Source of the DNA: an uncultured Gammaproteobacteria bacterium
GTDB lineage: Bacteria; Pseudomonadota; Gammaproteobacteria; UBA9214
Direction of reading: 5' to 3'
DNA length: 64,000 nucleotides
NCBI GenBank assembly: GCA_963748215.1
Contig: CAVVHS010000008.1
Span: forward strand, 448,001-512,000
Of this stretch, positions 36,841 to 47,502 are shown piece by piece. Each line of letters opens with the position of its first letter. The stretch's first letter is position 1. The notes under the pieces are model-generated. The model made no database searches. It was not told the DNA's origin and saw nothing but the letters and a program-made list of their open reading frames with translations. Made by a program: the position numbers and the translations under genes.

Positions 36841-38844
36841 TTACTGAACGGTCTTTACGACGGGTGCCGATTTCTCACCTTCCAAACCGCTACTATCATA
36901 GGTGCTCATTACGACGTAGTAGGACCCTACCGGCAGATCGGTGATTGACGCCGACGAGGCAGTACCATCTGCGATATCAACCGAGTTCGAATAGTCTCCC
37001 GCGGTCGTGCCGTAGTAGAGCCGGTAACCGTCGATCTCTGATAAAGAAAGTGGCGTGCCATCAGCACGCTCGACCGGTGCCACCCAGGTCAGGCTCATGT
37101 TACCGGTCTGCACCGGAGCAGTATTCACCACGATCGAAAAGGCCGCCAGGCTGGTGGTGTCCGTGCCGTCTGTCACCGCGATCACGATGCCGCTGTAGGT
37201 ACGGGCATCTGCATCAGTCGGGGTGCCGCCGAGCCGGCCGCTGATTACGTCGAAGCTGGCCCACGAAGGCATGTTGGAAATACTGTAACGCAGGGTGTCA
37301 CCATCGGTATCTGTGGCTGCTGGCTGGAACACATAACTGCTACCGGCTTCCACAGAACCGTCGGGAGAGCCGGAAATGACCGGAGGTATATTGATGATTG
37401 GGGGCGTATCAACGACCGGTGGCGTGTCGACAACCGGGGGCGTATCGACGACCGGCGGCGTATCGACAACCGGAGGCGTATCGACAACCGGCGGCGTATC
37501 GACAACCGGAGGCGTATCGACAACCGGTGGCGTATCGACAACCGGTGGCGTATCGACGACCGGTGGCGTATCGACGACCGGTGGCGTATCGACAACCGGC
37601 GGCGTATCGACAACCGGTGGCGTATCGACAACCGGTGGCGTATCGACGATCGGTGGCGTATCGACGACCGGCGGCGTATCGACAACCGGGGGCGCATTAC
37701 CGTCCAATGCAACTACCTGGTTGATCGCATTTACATCACTGGAGCTGGCCGTGGCCACCTGATTCACGGCATTGACCAGGACCAGACTGCTGTCAGTGGG
37801 CAGAACAGTTTGAACCTCATCAGACAAACTGCCCGGGTTGAGGCTGGCAATGCCGGCGGCAAGTCCCACCATATCACTGCCCGAATCCAGCACCTGTGCT
37901 GCTGCCACTGCGATCCGGGCCTGCTCAAGCAGCTGTTCGGTAACCGCCACGCTGCCGGTCAATTGCGTATTGCTGACACCGGAACGTGTGGTGGTAATAG
38001 ACTGGTCCAGGGTCGACGTGGCAATCACTCCCCATACCCGCAGCCTGTTGCTCATGGTTTCTACCAGTACCTGGGCAGATACCACATTAGCTACGGATGC
38101 CACGGTCGGATTCGAACCCACACCACCCAGACCATCGACAACGCCGTCGGTCAGATCTGCAGCCAGTGCTGTCAGGATACTGTTACCGCTGATATTTTTA
38201 CCGGATGCAACAAGCAGATCGCGCGTGCGACGCACCATCTCGCCCGCAGCCTCGCTGGCCTTGACCAGGTTTGCGACATTTTCAGCTGTGATCTCGGTGG
38301 TAACCGGATCGGCAATGATATTCGAATTCAATCCGAAGCCCAGCTTCTCGAGCACAATCGGTCGAGCGGCATCGACATTATTACTGCTTAGTCCGCCAGG
38401 CATCTTTTCAGCAAGCATGACAATCAGCGTAGTGAACGGATTGATGTTTACCTGCTTGTCGGATGGACGCAGCATCACCGAGATCATTTCGAAATCAGGG
38501 GTTGTACCTGTAACCAGGTCAGTGCCACCGCTGACCACCAGGCGCAGCGGGTACTGGTTCTCTGCTGCCTTCAGCGTGGACCTGAAAGAAGCGGTGCTGT
38601 CACTGACCATGGAACCCAGCACTTCACCAGTATTGCTGTAGACCGTGATGGTTGCACCGATCACCGGGCCGTCACCGACGCTGCCACTGACCACGACATC
38701 AGGAGCGTCAGGGGATACTGATCCTATGGAGAACACGTCGTCCAGCAGCTCCTCCGTATTGAGACATCCAGTCAGCGGGACAATCAATACTGCCGCCAGC
38801 ATCAGCCTGTTCAGCAAGTTTCGCTTGTTGTGCCGTGTCATCAT
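36841..38844 (-). CDS. Lipoprotein paralog with (PPVVDT)16 stalk, Ig-like and Fn3-like domains
   Basis: AGGAG RBS before ATG 38844; lipobox LTGC; same SGSVGDGPV domain as 30706..32469; PPVISGSP..YVFQP..MPSWASF Ig-like domain; Fn3-like tail. Confidence 0.8.
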   Translation of the reverse strand: MMTRHNKRNLLNRLMLAAVLIVPLTGCLNTEELLDDVFSIGSVSPDAPDVVVSGSVGDGPVIGATITVYSNTGEVLGSMVSDSTASFRSTLKAAENQYPLRLVVSGGTDLVTGTTPDFEMISVMLRPSDKQVNINPFTTLIVMLAEKMPGGLSSNNVDAARPIVLEKLGFGLNSNIIADPVTTEITAENVANLVKASEAAGEMVRRTRDLLVASGKNISGNSILTALAADLTDGVVDGLGGVGSNPTVASVANVVSAQVLVETMSNRLRVWGVIATSTLDQSITTTRSGVSNTQLTGSVAVTEQLLEQARIAVAAAQVLDSGSDMVGLAAGIASLNPGSLSDEVQTVLPTDSSLVLVNAVNQVATASSSDVNAINQVVALDGNAPPVVDTPPVVDTPPIVDTPPVVDTPPVVDTPPVVDTPPVVDTPPVVDTPPVVDTPPVVDTPPVVDTPPVVDTPPVVDTPPVVDTPPVVDTPPVVDTPPIINIPPVISGSPDGSVEAGSSYVFQPAATDTDGDTLRYSISNMPSWASFDVISGRLGGTPTDADARTYSGIVIAVTDGTDTTSLAAFSIVVNTAPVQTGNMSLTWVAPVERADGTPLSLSEIDGYRLYYGTTAGDYSNSVDIADGTASSASITDLPVGSYYVVMSTYDSSGLEGEKSAPVVKTVQ
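37405..37692 (-). repeat. Intragenic 18-bp tandem repeat x16 (PPVVDT)
   Basis: 288 bp of ACCGGTGGCGTATCGAC(A/G) units. Confidence 0.93.
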
Positions 38845-39141
38845 CTGCACTTTCTCCTGTGGTCCGGCATATGCAACCGGACCGAACAATCGATACCGGG
38901 CAAACCCTTGAAGTATCATGGGAGAAATTAATCACGAGGTACGTGTTGAGCGACACAGCGACGCTGTGCTTCAGGTCACAGAACGGGGCAATAACCGTTT
39001 AAACCAGGCGTTACAGACAGGCGCAAGCGGATGCCTGAATGAGGAGTTCAGCGTGTTCCGGGGTGAACAGAGGAAATTGTGAAACGTGCAGGGGCTTAAC
39101 TGAAGGGATTATCTCGCTGCACACGACGAGCGGGAGATAGA

Positions 39142-40626
39142 CTAATGAGCTCCCCTGCCCAGCAGGACGACTTCCGCCGTCTGCAGCAATACCAGCGCAT
39201 CGAGGAGGACGCTGTAATTCTTGACATAGTACAGGTCGTACTGCAGCTTCTCCTGGCCATCTTCTTCAGAGGCACCGTAGGGATATCGAATCTGGGCCCA
39301 ACCGGTGAGTCCCGGCTTGACCCGGTGTCGTTCGTTGTAGTACGGAATGTTCTCTGCCAGGCGTTGCACGAATTCCGGACGTTCAGGCCGTGGTCCGACA
39401 AAGCTCATATCGCCCTTGAGAATGTTATACAGCTGCGGAATCTCGTCAAAACGGAACTTCCTGAGTATCGCACCGGTACGGGTGATGCGTGAATCGTTCT
39501 TCACAGCCCAGCGCGCTGTACCATCCTGCTCTGCATTGGTGACCATACTGCGAAACTTGTAAATCTGGAACGGCCTGCCATTCTCACCTACCCGTGTCTG
39601 GGCATAGAACACAGAGCCCTTGCCCCTGGACTCTGCGAATATCGCAAACGCGGCGAGTAAGGCAACCGGTGCCACAATGGGCGCCAACAGCAGGACACTG
39701 GCAATATCCATGATGCGCTTCCACATCCGTCTGAAGTGACTCACCTTGAATCCATTGGAAAGAAACAGCCAGCTTGGCTGCATGATGTCCAGCCGGATCT
39801 TGTCGGTATTTCGTTCGAAGAAGGTCAGCAAATCAATGACCTCCACCCCGCCCATCTTGCAATCCAGCAAGTCGTGCGCCGGCAGGCCCTCACGGCGTTC
39901 ATCCATGGCAAGCACGATGACGTCAATCTGTTTCTCGCCCACATACTTCGCAAGCGCGCCTTCTGTGTAGACCAGGCTGAGTCCCTTGCTGTTTAAAAGA
40001 TCGCCAGGCATCGGCATGTAATTGATGATATTCATTCCATCGAGCTCGCCGGTTGCCTGTGCCTGCCGAACCAGATTTGCAGCCTTGCCGGCGCCGAGTA
40101 TCAGGACCCGTATGCGCAGGTCATAGTCACTCATGATCTTCATGAACAGCAGGCGAACGGCCATGATGCTGACGAAACTCACAAACACAGCCAGGGCCAG
40201 CGCACCACGACCAAGGAAAAACTGGGGTATCACATAGTAGGTCAGGCCGAGTGCCACCAGCCCGATAATGAGGCTGCTGGAAATGCGCATGGCAAGTTTG
40301 CTGAGCATCTGCTGTGACTGGCGCTGGTAGGCGCCGAACGCAACCAGGCTTGTCAGCATAACCAGGGCGTAAACGAATGCACCCGAGGAATGGGCACTGA
40401 CAATCACATGCCAGGGCATCGTATCAAAGCGCAGCGCCACACCGACGTAGAAGGAAATTGTCAGCGCAATCAGCTCGATCACGCCCAGCAGGATAAACTC
40501 AGTCGGTATGTGGTGCTTGAATACCTCGGTGGAATGCGAGAAAAACCTTACCTTGTTCTTCGCAGACGGACGCTTATGATCACCACCCGGATCACTGGAG
40601 TTTGATGGTTTGTTCTGCATTTTCAT
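39142..40626 (-). CDS. Polyprenyl glycosylphosphotransferase (priming sugar transferase, PEP-CTERM/XrtA-associated type)
   Basis: N-terminal TMs, VLILGAG, DERREGLP..LLDCK, YKFRSM, FDEIPQL, GDMSFVGPRPER, VKPGLTGWAQIRYPYGAS, KLQYDLYY. Confidence 0.92.
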   Translation of the reverse strand: MKMQNKPSNSSDPGGDHKRPSAKNKVRFFSHSTEVFKHHIPTEFILLGVIELIALTISFYVGVALRFDTMPWHVIVSAHSSGAFVYALVMLTSLVAFGAYQRQSQQMLSKLAMRISSSLIIGLVALGLTYYVIPQFFLGRGALALAVFVSFVSIMAVRLLFMKIMSDYDLRIRVLILGAGKAANLVRQAQATGELDGMNIINYMPMPGDLLNSKGLSLVYTEGALAKYVGEKQIDVIVLAMDERREGLPAHDLLDCKMGGVEVIDLLTFFERNTDKIRLDIMQPSWLFLSNGFKVSHFRRMWKRIMDIASVLLLAPIVAPVALLAAFAIFAESRGKGSVFYAQTRVGENGRPFQIYKFRSMVTNAEQDGTARWAVKNDSRITRTGAILRKFRFDEIPQLYNILKGDMSFVGPRPERPEFVQRLAENIPYYNERHRVKPGLTGWAQIRYPYGASEEDGQEKLQYDLYYVKNYSVLLDALVLLQTAEVVLLGRGAH

Positions 40627-40921
40627 TTCACCAAACCTGTCTTGACATGAGTAACAGCGCGGCAACAGCCAAATCTCATCGATTGCTAAACCATCTCAGA
40701 TGGATGGCCAGTATATCCAGCAGTACTTCATAGTAGTCAGCAGCAAATCAAGAAGGATAATGAGCGGTGCAAATTGCGCTCATCCAGACGTAAGCATAGT
40801 CTTTAGAAGGGAAAGGGACAATACGTACAAAAGTACTAGTTTCGTCACCTCAACCCTAAGACTAAAGACTTAAGTTGAGTTTACAGGAGCCTTGCTCATA
40901 GGCTGCCCCTCGAGCTACCCG

Positions 40922-42235
40922 TTACCGGCCCAGATGGTAGCCCAGACTGGCAAAAACACTGTATTCGTTATATTCGTCAAGAGGGTTAGTGTTGTCCCTG
41001 TTGCGGAACTGCACACCTGCACGTGCATTCAGCCTTCTTGACAGGGCATAGCCCAACATTCCTCCTGCCTGGTAGTACTTGTCGGTAAGTGCCAGTTTTG
41101 TTTGATCGGTATGAATATACCGTCCACTCACAGACGCCGTCATCCTGGGGGACAGTTTGTAGCCCAGGCGGGCGCCATATTCCTGCACCTTACGGTCATC
41201 CGGTGTTGTCTGATAATTCAGGTCACGCCATTCAATCCAGGTGGAAAAATCGACTGTCGAGCCAGTCCGACCATACTTGACCCTCAGGAGAGAGTTGCGC
41301 AACACGTCGTTTGATATCTGGATATTGCCGAAGTTACCTGCATTCGGGTCAAGTGAAGTTGACAGGTACACATCACTGGCGTCAGTAAGCTCCGAGAGTA
41401 GAATCGCATTGACACTCGAGCGTGCAGTTAGCTTATAAAGGGCGTCCAGACGTCCGGTGACACCGTCAAAACCAGGGCCCGAATCACGATCTATGCTGGT
41501 TATGCCCACTGATCCCTTGTATTCCGATCTGGCACGCAAGACAGTTGCACCCACACTAGCTGCGGTACTGGTGTAGTCCGAATTCAGTGTATCGTTATCG
41601 TAATTGACGTCCCTGAAACCGCCGGCTAGCGACACGGTGACGCCGGGGTAAAGCTGGTACGACCAGTCGGCCTCGACACCTGTCTGTTGATTGTCATCAT
41701 CCGAGGTTTCGTAATAAAAATCCTTGAATGACGGTACAATAACGACTGTATGCCTGCCGGCGGGCCGCAATGTCAATGACGCGCCAATGTTGAAAGCATT
41801 GATATCTTCGGTATTGTTCGGGGTGTCCGATGCGAGATTGTCTATAGATGACTGGCTGAAGTAATCTTTGACATCCCATCTCAGCAAATCCCTGATCTGT
41901 TCCCAGCCGGCAGCTGCATCGAGGCGCAGGTAGGTTTGGTTGTCAAAGGTATTGTCCAGATAATCGAGATACCGCAAGGTTGCTTTCGCACTGCCGGTCA
42001 GGGGGCCCTGATCCTCGCTGACCGAGGCGCCGATCGTAGCGGTGGTTATCAGGTCGTCAGACTCGTTCACATCAACCAGCGCAGCATTATCGGTATAGCG
42101 CAGATCGACTCCGACATCTCCGTTTACCTGCAGGGCGGTTGCAGCCGTATTGACAGACACTAGTGATGCAAAAAGGACCGGGGCAAACCAGCCAGGCTTT
42201 ACAGTGCAATTATCCATAGCTACCACGCTCAGCAA
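40922..42235 (-). CDS. EPS-associated outer-membrane beta-barrel
   Basis: Signal peptide, YTDNA motif, amphipathic strands, terminal SVFASLGYHL; adjacent to a wza-like gene; start uncertain. Confidence 0.75.
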   Translation of the reverse strand: MLSVVAMDNCTVKPGWFAPVLFASLVSVNTAATALQVNGDVGVDLRYTDNAALVDVNESDDLITTATIGASVSEDQGPLTGSAKATLRYLDYLDNTFDNQTYLRLDAAAGWEQIRDLLRWDVKDYFSQSSIDNLASDTPNNTEDINAFNIGASLTLRPAGRHTVVIVPSFKDFYYETSDDDNQQTGVEADWSYQLYPGVTVSLAGGFRDVNYDNDTLNSDYTSTAASVGATVLRARSEYKGSVGITSIDRDSGPGFDGVTGRLDALYKLTARSSVNAILLSELTDASDVYLSTSLDPNAGNFGNIQISNDVLRNSLLRVKYGRTGSTVDFSTWIEWRDLNYQTTPDDRKVQEYGARLGYKLSPRMTASVSGRYIHTDQTKLALTDKYYQAGGMLGYALSRRLNARAGVQFRNRDNTNPLDEYNEYSVFASLGYHLGR

Positions 42236-42248
42236 TTCCGACGCACAG

Positions 42249-42871
42249 TCAGAATGCGCTTTCGGGGACAGTGATCACATCTCCCGGAGACAGGTTTACA
42301 TTCGTCGTCATGTCACCGTTCTCCAGGATGTCCTTGAGGCGGATATCATAGGTTTCCGTGCCTGTCTCGGTCCGCCTGTGCAGCTTGGTGCGGTTTGCAT
42401 CGGCATAGATGCTGACACTGCCTGCATCAAGTACTGCGTCCAGCACGGTCATGCCCTGGTGAAAGTTCATCGAGGTATTATTACTCAACAGCACCGGTCA
42501 CACGGATCCTCGACAGAAAGGCCTGTCCGGCAAGCTCGGTAAGTATGACGGTGACATTGGGATCCTTGATATAGTTCGACAGCTTCGTCTCGATATCGTC
42601 GAGCCAGCTCCTCCGGCGACTTGCCCGCGGCCATGATATCGCCGACCAGGTGCACGGCAATCTTGCCATCCGGACGGACCGGCTCGGTGATCGACAGTTC
42701 CGGATTTTTCCAGACACTGATACTTACCTGGTCTCCCACGTCAATCGTGTAGGCCCCCTGCAGCACACCGTGCCCGCCATGCTGGGCCGGAAGGTTTGGA
42801 GGACCGGATACACATCCCGCAAGCATGAAAAGCATAAGGCCAATAAACAAACCCCTGACTGGAAATTTCAT
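42249..42871 (-). pseudogene. Polysaccharide export lipoprotein (Wza/OPX, XrtA-associated type), two apparent +1 frameshifts
   Basis: Lipobox LAGC; YTIDVGDQVSISVWKNPELS..VRPDGKI; YIKDPNVTVI..IRVTGAV; GMTVLDAVLDAG..PGDVITVPESAF spread over three frames. Confidence 0.8.
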
Positions 42872-42983
42872 GTTTTCTCCTTGACTTGCGCTACGCTGAC
42901 AGGACTGGCGATGTAATAACTAGAATGACAGAAAACATTACCATAACTCACTGTTTTAGTGTACCTGGATTCCGGATTATTCA

Positions 42984-44141
42984 TCAGGCAATTGACTCAA
43001 GACAACTTGCGATCCGGCGGATGTCAACCGCCCGAACCCGCTCGTGCACCGGCAGCGTCAGCACCCGAGCGGCAAAATTCTGTGCCACGGGAGATATTCC
43101 GGCAACACCCAGGTACTCCTCGAGCCCCGCAATGCCGGACAAAGCAGCTGGATACATCCTTGACACGCCCAATCCCTCTCTTCTCAAGCGATTGTAAACC
43201 CTGTCCCGAATGACAGGCTCGACTAACAGTGGATAACGCAACAGGGCGTGCGATGCCGGTAGATTACAGACGGCGGGCAGATCAACCACGCTTCCGGACC
43301 GGGTGGCCAGCTCCCCGACCAGGCCGGCAAGGGCGGCTTGAACATGCAGACTGCGTCGCCGGTATGCCTCCGTGTTGGCGGCAAGCAATTCCAGCCTGGC
43401 GTTATCCATGCACCGTATCGATGTCAGCGGATGATACCGGGTCTCGCCCAGATGCAGAAACGGCAACCCGGCTGGCATCCAGTAGACATAGGCAGAACTC
43501 ATGAGGTTGTAGAGTCTGGCCTTGAGGCGCAGTGTCACCCGCGCCAGGGCAGGAGCGGGTGAATCCGGTCTGCATTCCGGCAACAAGCCGCGGAATCTGT
43601 CGTCCTGGCAGAGGACTGCACCACCACCGAGAAGACTCACCGGCTTGCCGCGACCAAAGCTTATCACCACCAGGTCACCGGTCCAGAATGATGCCATACC
43701 GTCTGTTGGAAACGCCTGGGCACTGTCCTCGATCAATACCACGGAAGACCGCTCGGCAATGGTCTTGATCGCCGGCATTCGCTCCTGGATACCAAACAGG
43801 CTGGCGGCAATGATAGCAACGGTTTGCGAACTGACAGACGACGCCAGCAGCTCGAGATCCATCCACGGGCGTTGCGGCTCCAGGTCCACCAGCACCGGCC
43901 TGGCACCTGCATACAACACGGCACTGATCAGGTCGGGGCAACCGTACGCCGGCAGGATAACCTCCGGGGAATCCACCACCTTCAAGCGGATAGCTGCCAT
44001 GATGGCAGTCGCCAGTGCAGCGGTTCCCGAGTGATAAAATTCGGCTTCGTAGGGACGAAAGATCTCGGCCGGCGACAGGTCTGTCTGTGCCCCGGTCGTC
44101 AGGCTGATTGTATGTCCGGCAGGGGGCAGCTGGTATAACAT
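42984..44141 (-). CDS. DegT/DnrJ/EryC1/StrS-family PLP aminotransferase
   Basis: SGTAALA, VILPAYGCP, LIEDSAQ, SFGRGKP..GGG, LTLPVH. Confidence 0.85.
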   Translation of the reverse strand: MLYQLPPAGHTISLTTGAQTDLSPAEIFRPYEAEFYHSGTAALATAIMAAIRLKVVDSPEVILPAYGCPDLISAVLYAGARPVLVDLEPQRPWMDLELLASSVSSQTVAIIAASLFGIQERMPAIKTIAERSSVVLIEDSAQAFPTDGMASFWTGDLVVISFGRGKPVSLLGGGAVLCQDDRFRGLLPECRPDSPAPALARVTLRLKARLYNLMSSAYVYWMPAGLPFLHLGETRYHPLTSIRCMDNARLELLAANTEAYRRRSLHVQAALAGLVGELATRSGSVVDLPAVCNLPASHALLRYPLLVEPVIRDRVYNRLRREGLGVSRMYPAALSGIAGLEEYLGVAGISPVAQNFAARVLTLPVHERVRAVDIRRIASCLESIA

Positions 44142-45278
44142 CTACCGCCTTGAGGGTGTCCAGGTCGTCATGCGCTTGCCTGCGAGAAAGGACAGTGCCG
44201 CCTGCGCCAGGGCCAGATTGGTCTGCACAAAGAAAAACACGATTCTGACCAGGGTATTTTCCCGCATGGTGGCCGACAACCAGCCTGCCAGTGCCAGCAA
44301 ATAAAACACGATTTGCGCGGCCAGAGCCAGCGTATAGATTATGCCCTGCCCGAGCAGCATTACCGTCAAAACGGCGAAGAGCAGCATAAACCAGGGCACA
44401 CCCCAGCGCATTATCTTGTGACTCCAGACCTGGAACGCGAACAGCCTCATTTTAAACGGATTGAGAACCTCCGGATGGCGTGCAATCGCGGTAATTCCCC
44501 TGATTACCGTGCGTACCTTCCTGCGATACTCGAGCCCGGGATCCTTGACGTCCTTGTAAATCCCGACCACGTCGGGACAGGTAATGGCCACCATACCCTG
44601 CTTGGCACAATTGAGTGCGGTGTTGAAGTCACTGGGTGAATTGATATCCCAGTCCGCACAGACATTCCGCCGGGCCGCAAAAAATGAGCCGCTCAGCCCC
44701 ACCAGCCCGGCACGTCTGGATTCCAGCCGGCGCAGCCACATTTCATATTTCACATAGGCGCCCTCGCCAACAACGCGCCCGTCGTTACTGATGAAGCGAT
44801 CCTCGCTTGAAAGCGCGCCTACTTTTTCATCAGCAAACTGGCGGGCCAGCAGGCTGAGCGCATCAGTCGGGATACGGGTTGCAACATCTGAAAATATCAG
44901 AATAGCACCACTGGCCTCGCGAATAGCGCACAACTGGGCATATTCCTTGCCCTTGCGTTCGTCTGCTCGAACCAGACGAATCCCCCTGTTTGCGTAGGCT
45001 TCAACAATGCTGTCGGTAGCATCCGTAGAAAAGTCAGAGGCAACGATGACTTCCAGGCTGGCCTGCGGATAGTCTAGCTCAAGCGTATTTTCCAGCTTTT
45101 CCCGGATGCGGTCTTCTTCATTGTGTGCTGTAATGATAAGGCTTACCGTGGGCATTTCGTCGCCCGCCGCATGAGACGCCGGCTGATCCGGCCTCGGAGA
45201 AACAAGTTTCAGGATCAGAGGATATACAAAGTAACTGTACCCGCAAAGGAACAAGGACACATAAAACAGGACTACCAC
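44142..45278 (-). CDS. Glycosyltransferase family 2 (membrane-anchored)
   Basis: SLIITAHNEE, ASDFSTD, IFSDVA; N- and C-terminal TMs. Confidence 0.9.
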   Translation of the reverse strand: MVVLFYVSLFLCGYSYFVYPLILKLVSPRPDQPASHAAGDEMPTVSLIITAHNEEDRIREKLENTLELDYPQASLEVIVASDFSTDATDSIVEAYANRGIRLVRADERKGKEYAQLCAIREASGAILIFSDVATRIPTDALSLLARQFADEKVGALSSEDRFISNDGRVVGEGAYVKYEMWLRRLESRRAGLVGLSGSFFAARRNVCADWDINSPSDFNTALNCAKQGMVAITCPDVVGIYKDVKDPGLEYRRKVRTVIRGITAIARHPEVLNPFKMRLFAFQVWSHKIMRWGVPWFMLLFAVLTVMLLGQGIIYTLALAAQIVFYLLALAGWLSATMRENTLVRIVFFFVQTNLALAQAALSFLAGKRMTTWTPSRR

Positions 45279-45516
45279 TGCCAGATCTCACTCATGCGAA
45301 CAGCCTTACTCGTATGTGGCCAGGCCCACGACCGGAATCATACCAAACGATTATCTATTACTGAAAAATGCACGTTTCGACCATAGTGAAAGTATGCTGG
45401 AAATCCAGTGGTAAAAAGATTAGTCTCAACTATGGTGTGCAGTGTAAAATCCCGGGATAAAATCACCAGCATACCTTGCGGTATGTGGTTATGTGCATAC
45501 AGGGTTAATCTACAGA

Positions 45517-46515
45517 ATGCCGCTCTCTTTACCTGATAACCACACACAGGAATTAGGACTTTCGGTAATTGTACCGCTGTACAATGAAGAGGACAGCGTT
45601 ACCCTGCTTTACGAAAAGATTGTTGCCGCTGTCCAGCCCCTGGGGCTGAAGTTTGAGATACTGTTTGTCGATGACGGCAGCCGTGACAATACCGTCGCCG
45701 TCGCAACCCGCATTGCAAACCGGGATAAGCGCCTCAGAATTGTAAAATTCAGACGCAACTATGGACAAACACCCGCTATGGCAGCCGGGATCGACCTTGC
45801 ACGGGGAAGATACCTGATCACTATGGATGGCGATCTGCAGAATGACCCGGATGACATACCTACGTTCCTGGAAAAACTCGACGAAGGGTACGATATTGTG
45901 GTTGGCTGGCGCCACAAGCGGCAGGACAAACTGATCACCAGAAAAATCCCGTCGCGCATTGCAAACTGGCTAATCGGGACAATCACAGGCGTGCCGATCA
46001 AGGACAACGGCTGCTCGCTGAAGGGCTACAAGGCCAACGTGATCCAGAATATTCCACTGTACTCCGAAATGCACCGGTTCATACCTGCAATGACGTCGCT
46101 TGCCGGTACCCGGATTGCAGAAATCAAGGTTAAACACCATGCTCGGCAGTTCGGCGTATCGAAATACGGGTTATCCAGAATTTACAAAGTGTTGCTGGAT
46201 CTTTTATCCATCAAGACGATCCTGACGTCCTTTGCAAGACCACTGAGAATCTTTGCTTTGTTTGCCAGTGTGTTTGCGCTGGTCGGCCTGGGCTTCCTGG
46301 TCGCAGGATTGATTGAGCATACCGCAAGCGCAGGCATCATCTTCTTCAGCGTTGGCATCCTCTATACGACGCTGGCTCTTGTGTTACTGATGTGGGGTGT
46401 GCTTGGCGAGCTCGTGTACAGAACAGGGAACCTGAAACTCGAACACTTTGCACACATTACCAGCACCCTGAAAAACCAGACATTAGGGAAACCAAGTGGA
46501 AACAAAATCATCTGA
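45517..46515 (+). CDS. GT2 polyprenyl-phosphate glycosyltransferase (ArnC/DPM-like)
   Basis: SVIVPLYNEE, VDDGSRD, NYGQTPAM, MDGDLQNDP, EMHRFIP; two C-terminal TMs. Confidence 0.9.
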   Translation: MPLSLPDNHTQELGLSVIVPLYNEEDSVTLLYEKIVAAVQPLGLKFEILFVDDGSRDNTVAVATRIANRDKRLRIVKFRRNYGQTPAMAAGIDLARGRYLITMDGDLQNDPDDIPTFLEKLDEGYDIVVGWRHKRQDKLITRKIPSRIANWLIGTITGVPIKDNGCSLKGYKANVIQNIPLYSEMHRFIPAMTSLAGTRIAEIKVKHHARQFGVSKYGLSRIYKVLLDLLSIKTILTSFARPLRIFALFASVFALVGLGFLVAGLIEHTASAGIIFFSVGILYTTLALVLLMWGVLGELVYRTGNLKLEHFAHITSTLKNQTLGKPSGNKII

Positions 46516-47443
46516 CAATATACAGCTCTCTGTCATCATACCTATTACAGAACGGTATGACCCGGTCAAGGAACTGTTCCAGGAGTATAAGAAGGGTGTC
46601 GAAGCAACCGGGATGAGCCACGAATACATCTATGTTCTGGATGGCGCACACCCCGAGGCCCTGGAAGCGCTCAACCAGATACGCGAGCAAGAGCCAGTTA
46701 CCATTATCACCCTGGCCAAGTGGTTCGGAGAAGCCACCGCCCTGAATGCCGGCTTCAGTGAAGCATCGGGCGAGCTCATACTCACACTGCCTGCATATCA
46801 ACAAGTTGATGGTGATGCTATACCGGCACTGGTTGCAGCGCTCCAGGATAATGACATGGTACTTGCCAACAGGTCGCCAAGAAAAGATTCCGGCTTCAAT
46901 CGCCTGCAGTCAAGACTGTTTAACTCCTTGTTACGCTCCTTCACAGACCTTGAAATCCACGACGTAGGTTGCAGCGCACGCATATTCAGGAAGAGGGTCA
47001 TCGAAGAGGTCCAGATATACGAAGACCTGTTCCGCTTTTTCCCGATTGTTGCCCACAGACAAGGGTTTCGTGTGGTGGAGATGAATACGCCCCAGAGTCA
47101 GCATGATGTCTTCAGACGCATATACTCGCCTGGCCTGTATATCCGCAGACTGCTGGACCTGTTTACGATCTTTTTTCTTGTCAAATTTACCAAGAAACCA
47201 CTTCGATTCTTCGGACTCGTCGGCACATCCTTACTTAGCCTGGGATTCCTTGCGACAGTTTATCTCATCATAGAACGGCTTTTCTTTGATGTAGCACTGT
47301 CCGATCGCCCGCTGCTCTTTTTGAGTTCACTACTGATCGTATTGGGTGTACAGGTTATTGCCATCGGCTTGATTGGCGAGATCGTTATCTTTACGCATGC
47401 AAAAGATATGAAGGAATACAAAATAGATCGCATTATCAACTGA
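46496..47443 (+). CDS. Degenerate ArnC-like GT2 paralog
   Basis: SVIIP, FGEATALNAG, HDVGC, FRFFP, KKPLRFFG; the DxD region is replaced (LPAYQQ). Confidence 0.8.
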   Translation: METKSSDNIQLSVIIPITERYDPVKELFQEYKKGVEATGMSHEYIYVLDGAHPEALEALNQIREQEPVTIITLAKWFGEATALNAGFSEASGELILTLPAYQQVDGDAIPALVAALQDNDMVLANRSPRKDSGFNRLQSRLFNSLLRSFTDLEIHDVGCSARIFRKRVIEEVQIYEDLFRFFPIVAHRQGFRVVEMNTPQSQHDVFRRIYSPGLYIRRLLDLFTIFFLVKFTKKPLRFFGLVGTSLLSLGFLATVYLIIERLFFDVALSDRPLLFLSSLLIVLGVQVIAIGLIGEIVIFTHAKDMKEYKIDRIIN

Positions 47444-47502
47444 CTTGATTATGATTATTCCCGTACTGGAGTGATTTTTTGTAGAATTATGATTTCTGGC
47501 TG

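Noticed and set aside
39022-39036. Possible sigma54 promoter for the second lipoprotein (AGGCATCCGCTTGC)
   Set aside because: GG-to-GC spacing is 9 rather than the required 10 nt.
45443-45459. TGTAAAATCCCGGGATA resembling a PEP-CTERM-box enhancer
   Set aside because: Weak right half-site, no adjacent sigma54 motif found, and no prsK/prsR in the window.
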